Positions 31,831 through 40,774 are shown, numbered from the stretch's first letter. The stretch is 64,000 nucleotides of DNA from an uncultured Methylomirabilota bacterium (GCA_963705305.1 OY970067.1:3616001-3680000), one strand, 5' to 3'. The notes: generated by a model not told the origin, from the sequence alone. A program made the numbers and translations.

Positions 31831-33771
31831 ATGGCTACGCGCACGAGCGCAATCGCGGCTGCCCTCTTGAGCCTGGCGTTGATACTGGGCGGGGGGCTCT
31901 CTTCCGGGGCCGCTGCCCAGGTACCGGACGAAGAGGGGGCGATCGGGCGCATACCTGCACGCCTCAGCTATACCAACGGGCAGGTGTCGTTCTGGCGGCC
32001 GGGGGCATCCGCGTGGGCGACCGCACAGATCAACACACCCCTGGCTCCCGGTGACGAGCTGTATGCGGGAGCGCAGGGGACGCTCGAAGTGCAGGTTGGC
32101 CCGCGGGCGTTCCTGCGGGCCTGGGGGGACGCCGAGATCGGCCTGTTGAGCCAGCAGCCTACCTTCCTCCAGATCAAGGTTGTCACCGGCCACGCCACCC
32201 TCGATTTGCGGAGCCTGGATCCGGGCTATGCGGTGGAGGTGGACACGCCCCAGGCAGCTTTTACCATCGAGCATGCCGGCTACTACCGTGTGGAGGTGAC
32301 GCAGGGGCAGACCGCCTTCATCACCAGGCGCGGCGGGCGGGCCACCATGACCCTGGCCGGCGGACAGATGACGGCCATCGCACCGAGCGAAGAAGTCGTC
32401 CTGCAAGGGTCCGCGCCCGTGATGGCACAGAGCTATGTCGCCCCGGAGATCGATGCCTGGGATCGCTGGAACTACAGCCGGAGCGATGAGCTGCTCGATG
32501 CCATCAGCGCCCGCTACGTGCCCTGGGGGGCCTATGGCGTGGACGATCTGGACCACTACGGGACCTGGCGCGTCGTGCCGACGTACGGGGCCGTCTGGTT
32601 TCCCCAGGCGGTGCCGGCCGGCTGGGCACCCTACAGCACCGGGCGCTGGATCTGGGATCCGGATTATGGCTGGACATGGGTTGATACCGCGCCCTGGGGA
32701 TGGGCCCCGTATCATTACGGGCGCTGGGTCTCCGTCAATGGCTTCTGGGGATGGGCCCCCGGCCCCCTGGTCGAACGACCCGTCTACGCTCCGGCGCTGG
32801 TCGCCTTCTTCGGCGCGCCCGGGACGCCGTTCGTCAGCTGGGTCGCCCTCGGCTGGGGTGAGCCGGTGGTGCCATGGTGGGGGAAGGCCGGCTTCATCGG
32901 CCGGCCGTGGTGGGCGGGCTGGGGCGGCCCCCGCATCGTCAACAACGCCGCCATCGGCCGGACGACCGTCGTCAATGCCGCCACCATCAGGTCCTACCGG
33001 AACATGAGCGTCCCGAATGCCGTGGTGGGCATTCAGGAGGATCAGTTCGGCCGCGCCTCCGGCCACGAGGTTCGGATGGGGCAGGCAGAGCTGCGCTCCC
33101 TGGAGCCGCTGCGCGGGGCGCCGCACGTGCGGCCCGAGGCGTCGAGCTTTGTCGCCGCCGGCGGTCGCGGGGTGTCCCCGTCCCAATCGGTCCTGACCCG
33201 TCCCGTGGTCACGCGGCGCCTCTCAACCGGCCTCCCGGCGGTGCGGCAAGATGAAGGGAAGGCAGGCCTTCCGGCCGGACGTGTCGCCCCGCAGCCGGCG
33301 GCTGTCGCGCCCACGCCGGCTCCCGCGTCGCGGCCCCCCTTCGGTACGGGCCGCACGGAGCGGTCGGCGCGCCCGCAGCTTCCGGCCCCGCCGCGCGAGG
33401 AAGGATCCCGGGTGACGGGAGCCTCTCCAGGCACGGGGCACGGGACCGTGCAGCACGCCACTGGCGGGTCGGCGGCCCCTCACCCGCAGACGACCGCGGC
33501 GCCGGCGCCGCAGCACCAGCAGCATCAGGCCGCGCCCTCTCAGGGGCGGAGCGTGAGCCAGCCGGCGGCCCAGCCGGCCCCCTCGCGGCAGGTTGGGGCC
33601 ACACACCGTGAGGGGCGGTCCCTCCCGGGAGAGCCGGCGAACCGGCTCTTCCCCGGACGGGCCGAGACTCATTCGGGGCAGTCAAGGGCGGCGACGCCCA
33701 AGCAGAGTCCCCAGGGACACCAGGGGGGCGGAACGCAACAGCGCGGGACGCAGCCGCAGAACCAGCGCTAG
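31831..33771 (+). CDS. secreted FecR-like/DUF6600-type protein with Trp-rich repeats and a disordered Pro/Gln-rich tail
   Basis: Signal peptide, ARLSYTNGQVS, GWAPYSTGRW..WTWVDTAPWGWAPYHYGRW and YAPALVAF. Confidence 0.8.
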   Translation: MATRTSAIAAALLSLALILGGGLSSGAAAQVPDEEGAIGRIPARLSYTNGQVSFWRPGASAWATAQINTPLAPGDELYAGAQGTLEVQVGPRAFLRAWGDAEIGLLSQQPTFLQIKVVTGHATLDLRSLDPGYAVEVDTPQAAFTIEHAGYYRVEVTQGQTAFITRRGGRATMTLAGGQMTAIAPSEEVVLQGSAPVMAQSYVAPEIDAWDRWNYSRSDELLDAISARYVPWGAYGVDDLDHYGTWRVVPTYGAVWFPQAVPAGWAPYSTGRWIWDPDYGWTWVDTAPWGWAPYHYGRWVSVNGFWGWAPGPLVERPVYAPALVAFFGAPGTPFVSWVALGWGEPVVPWWGKAGFIGRPWWAGWGGPRIVNNAAIGRTTVVNAATIRSYRNMSVPNAVVGIQEDQFGRASGHEVRMGQAELRSLEPLRGAPHVRPEASSFVAAGGRGVSPSQSVLTRPVVTRRLSTGLPAVRQDEGKAGLPAGRVAPQPAAVAPTPAPASRPPFGTGRTERSARPQLPAPPREEGSRVTGASPGTGHGTVQHATGGSAAPHPQTTAAPAPQHQQHQAAPSQGRSVSQPAAQPAPSRQVGATHREGRSLPGEPANRLFPGRAETHSGQSRAATPKQSPQGHQGGGTQQRGTQPQNQR

Positions 33772-33831
33772 GTCGCCGGCGCCCCACACGCCTGCTATTT
33801 CGTCATAAGAAATGAGAGGCTTTTCTTCTAA

Positions 33832-33984
33832 GAGGATGCTGAAAAACCCGTTTTCGCCCAGGCTGCTCAAAAAGGTCCAGATGCAAGGCGCCGCGCGATC
33901 CGAGGCGCGAGGCGTACTTAGCGCGTACGCCGCAGCGCCGCGGGAGCGCGCCAACGCCGCAGATGGGCCTTTTTCAGCAGCCTG
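33832..33984 (+). mobile_element. MITE-like element, copy 1, flanked by a CTAA duplication
   Basis: Ends GAGGATGCTGAAAAA / TTTTTCAGCAGCCTG; CTAA at 33828-31 and 33985-88; inverted homolog at 36826-37036. Confidence 0.75.
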
Positions 33985-34012
33985 CTAAAGGAGCATTACC
34001 GGGCTCCCGGCC

Positions 34013-34041
34013 TTGACAAGGGTGGGGGGCTGCCCTACGCT
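34013..34041 (+). promoter_or_regulatory. putative sigma-70 promoter of rtcB
   Basis: TTGACA-N17-TACGCT; GGAGGT RBS downstream. Confidence 0.6.
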
Positions 34042-34066
34042 CCTGGCGAGGAGGGAGGTGATCGCC

Positions 34067-35515
34067 ATGAGCCTTCCCATCGAGCGCGTGGACGAGTACC
34101 GCTGGCGGATTCCGGCGGGAACCAGGCCCGGCATGAAGGTGCCGGCGGTCATCTACGCCAGCGAGAAACTGCTGGATCAGATCCGCAACGATCAGTCGCT
34201 GGAGCAGGCGGCCAACGCGGCCACGCTGCCGGGGGTGGTCCGGGCGGCCTATACCATGCCCGACATTCACCAGGGGTACGGCCTGCCCATCGGGGCGGTG
34301 GTGGCCACCCGGACGGACGGGGGCGTCGTCACGCCCGGCGGCGTCGGCTACGACATCAACTGCGGCGTCCGCCTCCTCCGCACCGAGCTGACCGCCACCG
34401 AGGTCCTGCCGCGGCTCAAAGAGCTGGTGAACCTCCTCTTCACCCAGGTTCCCAGCGGAGTCGGCTCGCACGGGAAGGTGCGCCTGACCACGGCGACGCA
34501 GAACCGGCCGCTTTTGGAGGGGGCGCGCTGGGCGGTCGCAGAGGGGATGGGCGAGCCGGACGACCTGACCTTCGCCGAGGCGGGCGGGTGCATCCCGGGG
34601 GCGGATCCCGACGCGGTCAGCCACAAGGCCCACGAGCGGGGACGCGACCAGGCGGGGACGCTGGGCTCCGGGAATCACTTTCTGGAGATCCAGACGGTGG
34701 GGCAGGTCTACGACGAGCAGGCGGCCAATGTCCTGGGCCTCTTCCCCGGCCAGGTGACGGTCCTCATCCACAGCGGCTCGCGCGGCTTCGGGCACCAAGT
34801 ATGCACCGACTACCTGGCCAGCATGGACCGGGCCGTCAAGAAGTACGGCATCCAGATCCCGGACCGGCAGCTCGCCTGCGCCCCTTTCGATTCGCCCGAG
34901 GCGCAGGCGTATCTGGGCGCCATGCGGGCGGCTGCCAACTACGCCTGGGCCAACCGGCAGTGCCTGACGCACTGGACGCGGGAGGCCTTCCAGCGGATTT
35001 TCAAGAAGTCGCCCCGCGACCTGGGGATGTCGGTGGTCTACGACGTGGCGCACAACATCGCCAAGGTGGAGGAGCATCTGGTCGACGGCCGGTCCATGCG
35101 GCTGGTGGTGCACCGCAAGGGGGCCACCCGCGCCTTTCCGCCGGGACATCCGGAGCTTCCGGAACGGTACCGGGTCATCGGCCAGCCGGTCCTGGTCCCC
35201 GGCGACATGGGCCGGGCGTCTTTCGTCCTGGTGGGCACGCAGGGGGCGATGGAGGAAACGTTCGGCAGCACGTGCCACGGGGCGGGGCGGCTCCTCAGCC
35301 GGGCGGCGGCCGTGCGGGCCGCGAAGGGGCGATCCATCGAGCGCGAGCTGGAGGAGCAGCACGGTGTCTACGTCCGGGCCTCCGGGCGGGACTCCGTCAA
35401 GGAGGAGATGCCGGAGGCTTACAAGGACGTCCACGACGTGGTGACGGTCTGCCACAACGCGGGCATCTCCCGGATGGTGGTGAGGCTGCGGCCGCTCGGG
35501 TGCATCAAGGGGTGA
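34067..35515 (+). CDS. rtcB: RNA-splicing/repair ligase RtcB
   Basis: MPDIHQGYG, VGYDINCGVR, GTLGSGNHFLE, HNIAK, HRKGATRA, STCHGAGR, EEMPEAYKD and LRPLGCIKG. Confidence 0.96.
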   Translation: MSLPIERVDEYRWRIPAGTRPGMKVPAVIYASEKLLDQIRNDQSLEQAANAATLPGVVRAAYTMPDIHQGYGLPIGAVVATRTDGGVVTPGGVGYDINCGVRLLRTELTATEVLPRLKELVNLLFTQVPSGVGSHGKVRLTTATQNRPLLEGARWAVAEGMGEPDDLTFAEAGGCIPGADPDAVSHKAHERGRDQAGTLGSGNHFLEIQTVGQVYDEQAANVLGLFPGQVTVLIHSGSRGFGHQVCTDYLASMDRAVKKYGIQIPDRQLACAPFDSPEAQAYLGAMRAAANYAWANRQCLTHWTREAFQRIFKKSPRDLGMSVVYDVAHNIAKVEEHLVDGRSMRLVVHRKGATRAFPPGHPELPERYRVIGQPVLVPGDMGRASFVLVGTQGAMEETFGSTCHGAGRLLSRAAAVRAAKGRSIERELEEQHGVYVRASGRDSVKEEMPEAYKDVHDVVTVCHNAGISRMVVRLRPLGCIKG

Positions 35516-35530
35516 GGGGGCAAAGAGCAG

Positions 35531-35754
35531 AGGGGGCGCAGGGGCGAGGGGGCGCAGGGGCGAGGGGGCGCAGGGGCGAGGGGGCGCAGAGGCGAAGAGG
35601 CGCGGGGGCGAGGGGGCGCAGGGGCGAGGGGGCGCAGGGGCGAGGGGGCGCAGGGGCGAGGGGGCGCAGAGGCGAAGAGGCGCGGGGGCGAGGGGGCGCA
35701 GGGGCGAGGGGGCGCAGGGGCGAGGGGGCGCAGAGGCGAAGAGGCGCGGGGGCG
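35531..35754 (+). repeat. higher-order G-rich tandem repeat: 28 octamers arranged (A3B)(A3B)(A2B)
   Basis: A=AGGGGGCGCAGGGGCG and B=AGGGGGCGCAGAGGCGAAGAGGCGCGGGGGCG; bracketed by AAAGAGCAGAGGGG at 35522-35535 and 35757-35770. Confidence 0.95.
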
Positions 35755-35780
35755 ATAAAGAGCAGAGGGGAGTGCGGGGG

Positions 35781-35852
35781 GTGTACGAGATCCTGCGGTT
35801 CATTGCCGACCTGATCGCGGCCGTGGCAGGCTGGATCGGGGTTGCGCGGTAA
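35781..35852 (+). CDS. putative 23-aa hydrophobic small protein
   Basis: GTG...TAA gives MYEILRFIADLIAAVAGWIGVAR; GGGGAG upstream; GC3-rich codons. Confidence 0.45.
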   Translation: MYEILRFIADLIAAVAGWIGVAR

Positions 35853-35889
35853 GGCTGGGACGGGTCGATACGGCCGAGAGGAGCGCCGC

Positions 35890-36201
35890 ATGGGGAAGAA
35901 GATGATACGGGTGGCGGCGGTAACCGAATTGGCGCCGGGCCAGGGGAAGACCGTGGATGCAGGCGGGACTGCGATTGCACTCTTCAACGTAGGCGGAACC
36001 TTCCACGCGATCGGCAACGCGTGCCGGCATCGCGGAGGCCCGCTGGGTGAGGGGACACTGGAGAAATCGGTGGTGACCTGTCCTTGGCACGGGTGGGAGT
36101 ACGACGTCACCACGGGAGAGCTGGTGAAATATGCCGAGGGGTCGGTGCCCGCCTATCGCCTGCAGGTGCGGGGGGACGACATCTTCATCGAACTGCCGTA
36201 A
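35890..36201 (+). CDS. Rieske (2Fe-2S) ferredoxin
   Basis: CRHRGGPL (CxH) and CPWHGW (CxxH). Confidence 0.92.
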   Translation: MGKKMIRVAAVTELAPGQGKTVDAGGTAIALFNVGGTFHAIGNACRHRGGPLGEGTLEKSVVTCPWHGWEYDVTTGELVKYAEGSVPAYRLQVRGDDIFIELP

Positions 36202-36267
36202 GCGGCTAACCGGGGGGCCGGCCTCAGCCCCTCCGAAGATCTCTCACCGCCAAGGGCAAGGAGAAAT

Positions 36268-36825
36268 ATGTCCCGCGTCTTCCGGATCGACGATCGTCTG
36301 GCTGTCCGAAAGCGGCAGTCAGAGCTTCCCGCCGGCATCGTGGTGCAGGTATGGCCCGATGTCTTCGATCCCAGGGCCTCCTGGATCAGTGAGGAGACGC
36401 GCCGGCTCCTGGAGCGGGAGAACGCGCCCCTGCCGGTCGGCGCTATCGCGGAGGCCGCATCCGTCAGCCTGTTCCTCCCCGGGGAAGTGAGGGACGACTC
36501 GACACTCCCCTCCTCGGACTCGCTGGCGGTTCGGGTGCTGGCGGGGCACGGAATCGCGGCGACCTGGTATTCCACACCCGCCCGTCCGGGCGGGCGGCCG
36601 GCCGTGGAGCCGGCCTCTCCCGAAGACCCGTTCTTCACCATGATGCGCATGGGGAGTCAGGTCAATCACATGTGGCGCCTGTTCCGGACCCGCGATGACG
36701 CCGTCCGGTTCATGCAGAAACACTTCGCCACCGACCGCGCCGCCCAGGAATGGGCGGCACGTCTCGGGGTGGCCAGTTTCCAGGAGCTGCTGTCCCTGAC
36801 CGGGCGGGATCGGCAGGAGGGTTAA
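36268..36825 (+). CDS. hypothetical protein
   Basis: AAGGAG RBS and globular-looking sequence; no recognised motif. Confidence 0.7.
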   Translation: MSRVFRIDDRLAVRKRQSELPAGIVVQVWPDVFDPRASWISEETRRLLERENAPLPVGAIAEAASVSLFLPGEVRDDSTLPSSDSLAVRVLAGHGIAATWYSTPARPGGRPAVEPASPEDPFFTMMRMGSQVNHMWRLFRTRDDAVRFMQKHFATDRAAQEWAARLGVASFQELLSLTGRDRQEG

Positions 36826-37036
36826 CCGGCTGCTGAAAAAGTCCCATCTGCGGACACCCAGCCTACGGCCGGGTACCCGCGCGTTCCCGCGGCGCTGCGG
36901 CGTACCCGTAAGTACGCCTCCGACCCACCTCCGGTGGGTACCCCGCGGCGGGTACCCATCCCAAGGGATGGGTGACGGCGCCTTGCACCTGGGCCTTTTT
37001 GAGCAGCCTCAGCAAAAACGAGCTTTAGGCACCGCG
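36826..37036 (-). mobile_element. MITE-like element, copy 2 (inverted, with internal GGGTACCC hairpin insertions), flanked by TTAA
   Basis: Reverse complement aligns to 33832-33984 (AGGCTGCTCAAAAAGG.CCAG.TGCAAGGCGCCG...GAGGCGTACTTA...GTACGCCGCAGCGCCGCGGGA...GCAGATGGG..TTTTTCAGCAGCC); TTAA at 36822-25 and 37037-40. Confidence 0.75.
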
Positions 37037-37089
37037 TTAAGCGTCCTACCCCCCGGCTATCCCGGCTCACCCGATGTCAGGATGCGCGC

Positions 37090-37317
37090 TCAGGCAGCCG
37101 GTTCGGGCGGGACCTCCGAAGCGGGCTCTGCGGCGGCCGGAGGCGGCGGCGGGGCGACAGGCGCTTCGGCCGCTGGTGCGGCTTCCGGCCGGCGCTTGGC
37201 CTTCGCCCGCGAAGTCGCGGCGGGGGTCTTCCCGGCCACGGCCTCTCGCCGTCGGGCTTTCAGCCGCTCGTCGCGGCGCTTCCGTCGTTGGCGCAATTCT
37301 CGTTCCCTCTGTCGCAC
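37090..37317 (-). CDS. small basic, Ala/Pro-rich hypothetical protein
   Basis: GAAAGGAG RBS before GTG; Arg-rich helix; last gene of the T2SS-like operon. Confidence 0.55.
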   Translation of the reverse strand: MRQRERELRQRRKRRDERLKARRREAVAGKTPAATSRAKAKRRPEAAPAAEAPVAPPPPPAAAEPASEVPPEPAA

Positions 37318-37335
37318 GTCGTTCTCCTTTCGCTG

Positions 37336-37878
37336 TCACCAGTCCCGGTACGTTACTGCCTGCGTCTTCCCCGTGGAGCCCACCAGGACCTTCAGCGGTT
37401 TGTCCTGGCTGCGGCTGTGGACATCGCGAATGCCCGACACGATCCCCGAGCGATCGACCACCAGGTCCAGCATCCAGTCGGCCTTCCCGGTCATCGGATC
37501 CAAGTAGATGCGCCGCAGGTAGCGGCGGGTCTGAAGCTGGCTGCGATCCTCCAGGAGATCCGTCAGATCTTGCGGATACCGGTTGTGATCGGCCTGAAAG
37601 AGGGCGATGCCCTGGCGGAACTGCCCCAGGCAGAACAGCAGCTCCGCCTCCTTCTCGCGCTTGATCCGGGTGCTCCAGAGCTGGGCCACGGCGGTCGTGG
37701 AAATGCCGATGATCACGATGCAGAGGAGCAGGAGAGGGTAGGTCATGCCGAGCGGCGGGCGCCGGGATCGCCGAGGCGAAAAGGCGCAGAGACGCCGAGG
37801 CAACGCGATCCGGCCGCTTGTCGCCGCTAAACCTCGAACCTCGAACATGGAACCTCGAACCTCGAACCAACCCTTCAC
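37336..37878 (-). CDS. pseudopilin-like protein lacking Glu5 (G|MTYPLLL)
   Basis: Hydrophobic helix, REKEAELLF, YPQDLTDLLED and RYLRRIYLDPMTGKADW; GTGA overlap with the upstream gene. Confidence 0.8.
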   Translation of the reverse strand: MKGWFEVRGSMFEVRGLAATSGRIALPRRLCAFSPRRSRRPPLGMTYPLLLLCIVIIGISTTAVAQLWSTRIKREKEAELLFCLGQFRQGIALFQADHNRYPQDLTDLLEDRSQLQTRRYLRRIYLDPMTGKADWMLDLVVDRSGIVSGIRDVHSRSQDKPLKVLVGSTGKTQAVTYRDW

Positions 37879-38360
37879 CAGTCGCTGTACCGCGTCCCGT
37901 CCAGCGCGATCCTGTCGGAACCGCTGTGAACGTCGAAGATCCCGCCCTGCTGGCCCTGATCGTCGGTGAAGTATACCAGCGTCCATGTCTCGGTGGAACT
38001 GGTAATCGGATCTTTGGGGATGCGCCGGAGATACGGCTTTTCCACCAGGTCGTTCAAGGACGCCGGGTAGTTTTCGGCGTCCGCGTAATACTGGTCGATG
38101 CTGTCCCGCAGGATGAACAGATCTTCCTTCAGGACGGCCTCCTTGGCGGACTGGACCGCCCGCTGATAGTTGGGCTGGGCCAGGGTGACCAGGATCCCAA
38201 TGATGGTGATGACGATCAACATCTCGATGAGGGTGAAGCCGCGGGGTGAAAGCCCGCAGGGGCGCAGGGGTGATGAGGCGGGTGCGCGCGAAGGCACCCC
38301 GTCCGATTGGAACCTGACGGCTGACCGCTGACCGCTGACTGCTCTCTCACCACGTGTCAT
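37875..38360 (-). CDS. GspG-like pseudopilin
   Basis: RG|FTLIEMLIV N-methylation motif, KEAVLKEDL..IDQYYAD and YLRRIPKDPIT. Confidence 0.88.
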   Translation of the reverse strand: MTRGERAVSGQRSAVRFQSDGVPSRAPASSPLRPCGLSPRGFTLIEMLIVITIIGILVTLAQPNYQRAVQSAKEAVLKEDLFILRDSIDQYYADAENYPASLNDLVEKPYLRRIPKDPITSSTETWTLVYFTDDQGQQGGIFDVHSGSDRIALDGTRYSDW

Positions 38361-38805
38361 ATGTCGTTCCGTCCAGGGCCACCGCCCGGCTGGAGGTGCG
38401 GATATCGTACACGTCCTTGCCATCCGATAGGCTGGAGTCCGGATTGTCGCTGAACGAGCGCGTGATCCACTGCCCCTCGGGCGTCATGGGGTCCCGAGGA
38501 ATGCGGCGGAGGATCTTGGTCTTCACCAGCTCGTCCAGCGTTAGCGGGTAGCCGCTGCGGTCCACTGCCACCAGCTTCTTGAAATCCTCCCGGGCGTCCC
38601 GCGCGTTCTGCCGCGCCTTGTCGTACTCCGCCTTGAAGCGGTCGATGCCCTCGCGGATGACCCGCAGGTCGCGGCGCAGCTCCAGCTCGCGGTTGCGCGT
38701 CACGGAGACCTGCGCCAGCGGCATAGCCACCATGGCGAGGACCCCCAGCACCGCGATGGAGACCAACAGTTCGATGAGCGTCAAACCGCGAGACGATTGC
38801 TGCAT
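38347..38805 (-). CDS. GspG-like pseudopilin
   Basis: RG|LTLIELL, ELELRRDLR, LRRIPRDPMT and ALDGTTYDTW. Confidence 0.88.
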   Translation of the reverse strand: MQQSSRGLTLIELLVSIAVLGVLAMVAMPLAQVSVTRNRELELRRDLRVIREGIDRFKAEYDKARQNARDAREDFKKLVAVDRSGYPLTLDELVKTKILRRIPRDPMTPEGQWITRSFSDNPDSSLSDGKDVYDIRTSSRAVALDGTTYDTW

Positions 38806-38827
38806 CTGCGTCCGCCCTCATGCCCGG

Positions 38828-40774
38828 CTATTGATCGGACGGAGGCGGCTGCGGCCCGGGCGCGGGAGCGGGGGACGATTGGGATCGGGCCGGCCCCGGA
38901 GCCTGGACGGGCGGCGGCGCGAGGGCCGACGGAGTCCCGGCGGAGGGGCCGAAGCTGTCCCCGGTTCCGGACACAAAGCTCTCCACCCTGGGATCGGGCC
39001 GATCCAGCATCTTCACGATCCGCGGGGTGAGAGAGATCAGGACATCGGTCGTCGTCTTGTTGTGGTCCCCGCTGATGAAGAGCCGGCCCAGCCAGGGTAT
39101 GTCACTGAGGAACGGAATTTCACTGTTCGCAACCGAGTCGTAGTTCTGGAACAGGCCGCCCAGCAGCCGCGTCTCACCGTTCTTGACCTTGATGAACGTG
39201 TCCAGGTTCCGCGTGTTCACCGGCGGGAGGAGCTGGCCGCCCTGAACCCCGGCGATGGGGGCGCCCAGGCTGCTCATTTCGAAGCTCAGTTCCACCGTCA
39301 CCTCGCCGTTGAGGTGGACGATGGGCGTCAAGGTGAGCTTGAGGCCGAGGTCCCGGTACTCCACATTCGTCTGCGTGGTCGTCGAGGCCGTCGTCGCCGT
39401 GGTCGTCCCGGTGGCGCTGGTGGTCGCGACGGCGGGGACGCTGCTGATCGAGGAGATCTGGAAGGGGTAGCGCTCGCCGACCAGCAGGCGGGCCTTCTGG
39501 CGGTCGAGGATGCAGATGGTCGGATTGGCCAGCGTCTTGGTGTTCCCGTCGTTCTTGACGAGGTTGAGAACGAGCGCGGGGTTGTCAATGGTCACGACGG
39601 ATCCGTACCGGACCGAATTCCAGATGCCGCCGATCGGCATGTTCTGGGGGAAGCCGAGGGTCACCGAGTAGGTCCGGGGGTTGAGGTCGATCCCCAGGTC
39701 CTGGAGGCTGTTGCGGTCCACCTCCAGAACCTCCAGGTCGATCTCCACCTCTCCCACCGCCCGGTCATTGGCCGCCAACAGCTTCTGCGCCAGCTCGATC
39801 TTTTCCGGGGTGTCCCGAACGACGAGGGCGTTCAGTTTCTCGTTCACGAAGACCTGCCGGGTGTTGAGGATGGTCCGCAGCAGGTTCACGGCGACCTTGG
39901 CGTCGGTATCGGTGAGGTAGAACGTCCGAACCATCAGCTCGTCGTACTGCTGCCGCTTGCCGGGGTTGTCCGGAATCACGATCACCGTGTTGTCCGCCGC
40001 CGTCTTGGCGAACAGCCGATTGGCGATCAGGATCAGATTGAAGGCCTCGCGCAGGGGCACATCCTTGAAGAAAGTGGTGATCCGCTTGGTGGGCAGGGAC
40101 TCGTCGGCGATGATGTTGATCCCGGCGGTTCGCGCGAAGACCTCCAGGACCTCCTTGATGTCGGTGTCGCGGAAGCGAAGCGTCACGGGCTGGGTGGAGA
40201 AGAGCTGCGCCGCGGCCATCTCGCCCTTGCTCTTCGAAGAGGGCGGGGCCTCGGCGGCCAGCCGATCGGCGATCTGGCCCGCCACCGCCCTCACCTCGGC
40301 GGAGTCGGGGTCCAGCCGGAGGGCGGCCGCCACGTCCGCCTGTGCCGCATGCCACTCCCCCTTCTCCATGTGCTCTCGGGCGCGCGCCAAATGATCCTTC
40401 ACCTGACGCAAGATGGTGATCTGGATCAGGCCGGACTGGGCGGCCGTGTTCTCCGCGTCATAGCCGAGGGCGCGCCGGTACGCCTCATAGGCGTCATCCA
40501 GCTGTCCGGCCTTCAGCGACTGGCCGGCCTGCGTGACCAGGGCGTCCGCCGCTTCCCGCATGGCCCGGGCCAGCCCCAGCCGGATCTCGATGTCGCGGGG
40601 ATCCCGCGCCGCCGCCTCTCTGTAGAAGCGGACCGCGTCCTCCCATCGGCCGGCGGCGGCCAGCTCTTGCCCGCGCTGGACCGGCACCTCCGTCGCGCAT
40701 CCCGCGAGTAGACCCCCCAGGAAGAGTGCCCTCAGGATCAGGCAACACCGTCCGGCAGAACGACAGCCCATCAT
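38828..40774 (-). CDS. lipoprotein secretin (GspD/PilQ family) with N-terminal TPRs
   Basis: Lipobox LAGC, TPR helices, TKTLANP, GETRLLGGL, IPFLSDIPWLGRLF and LTPRIV. Confidence 0.9.
   Translation of the reverse strand: MMGCRSAGRCCLILRALFLGGLLAGCATEVPVQRGQELAAAGRWEDAVRFYREAAARDPRDIEIRLGLARAMREAADALVTQAGQSLKAGQLDDAYEAYRRALGYDAENTAAQSGLIQITILRQVKDHLARAREHMEKGEWHAAQADVAAALRLDPDSAEVRAVAGQIADRLAAEAPPSSKSKGEMAAAQLFSTQPVTLRFRDTDIKEVLEVFARTAGINIIADESLPTKRITTFFKDVPLREAFNLILIANRLFAKTAADNTVIVIPDNPGKRQQYDELMVRTFYLTDTDAKVAVNLLRTILNTRQVFVNEKLNALVVRDTPEKIELAQKLLAANDRAVGEVEIDLEVLEVDRNSLQDLGIDLNPRTYSVTLGFPQNMPIGGIWNSVRYGSVVTIDNPALVLNLVKNDGNTKTLANPTICILDRQKARLLVGERYPFQISSISSVPAVATTSATGTTTATTASTTTQTNVEYRDLGLKLTLTPIVHLNGEVTVELSFEMSSLGAPIAGVQGGQLLPPVNTRNLDTFIKVKNGETRLLGGLFQNYDSVANSEIPFLSDIPWLGRLFISGDHNKTTTDVLISLTPRIVKMLDRPDPRVESFVSGTGDSFGPSAGTPSALAPPPVQAPGPARSQSSPAPAPGPQPPPSDQ

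Noticed and set aside
35531..35754. Possible CRISPR array or Pro-rich CDS
   Set aside because: No unique spacers and no cas genes; the translated repeats are by-products of an 8-bp tandem array.
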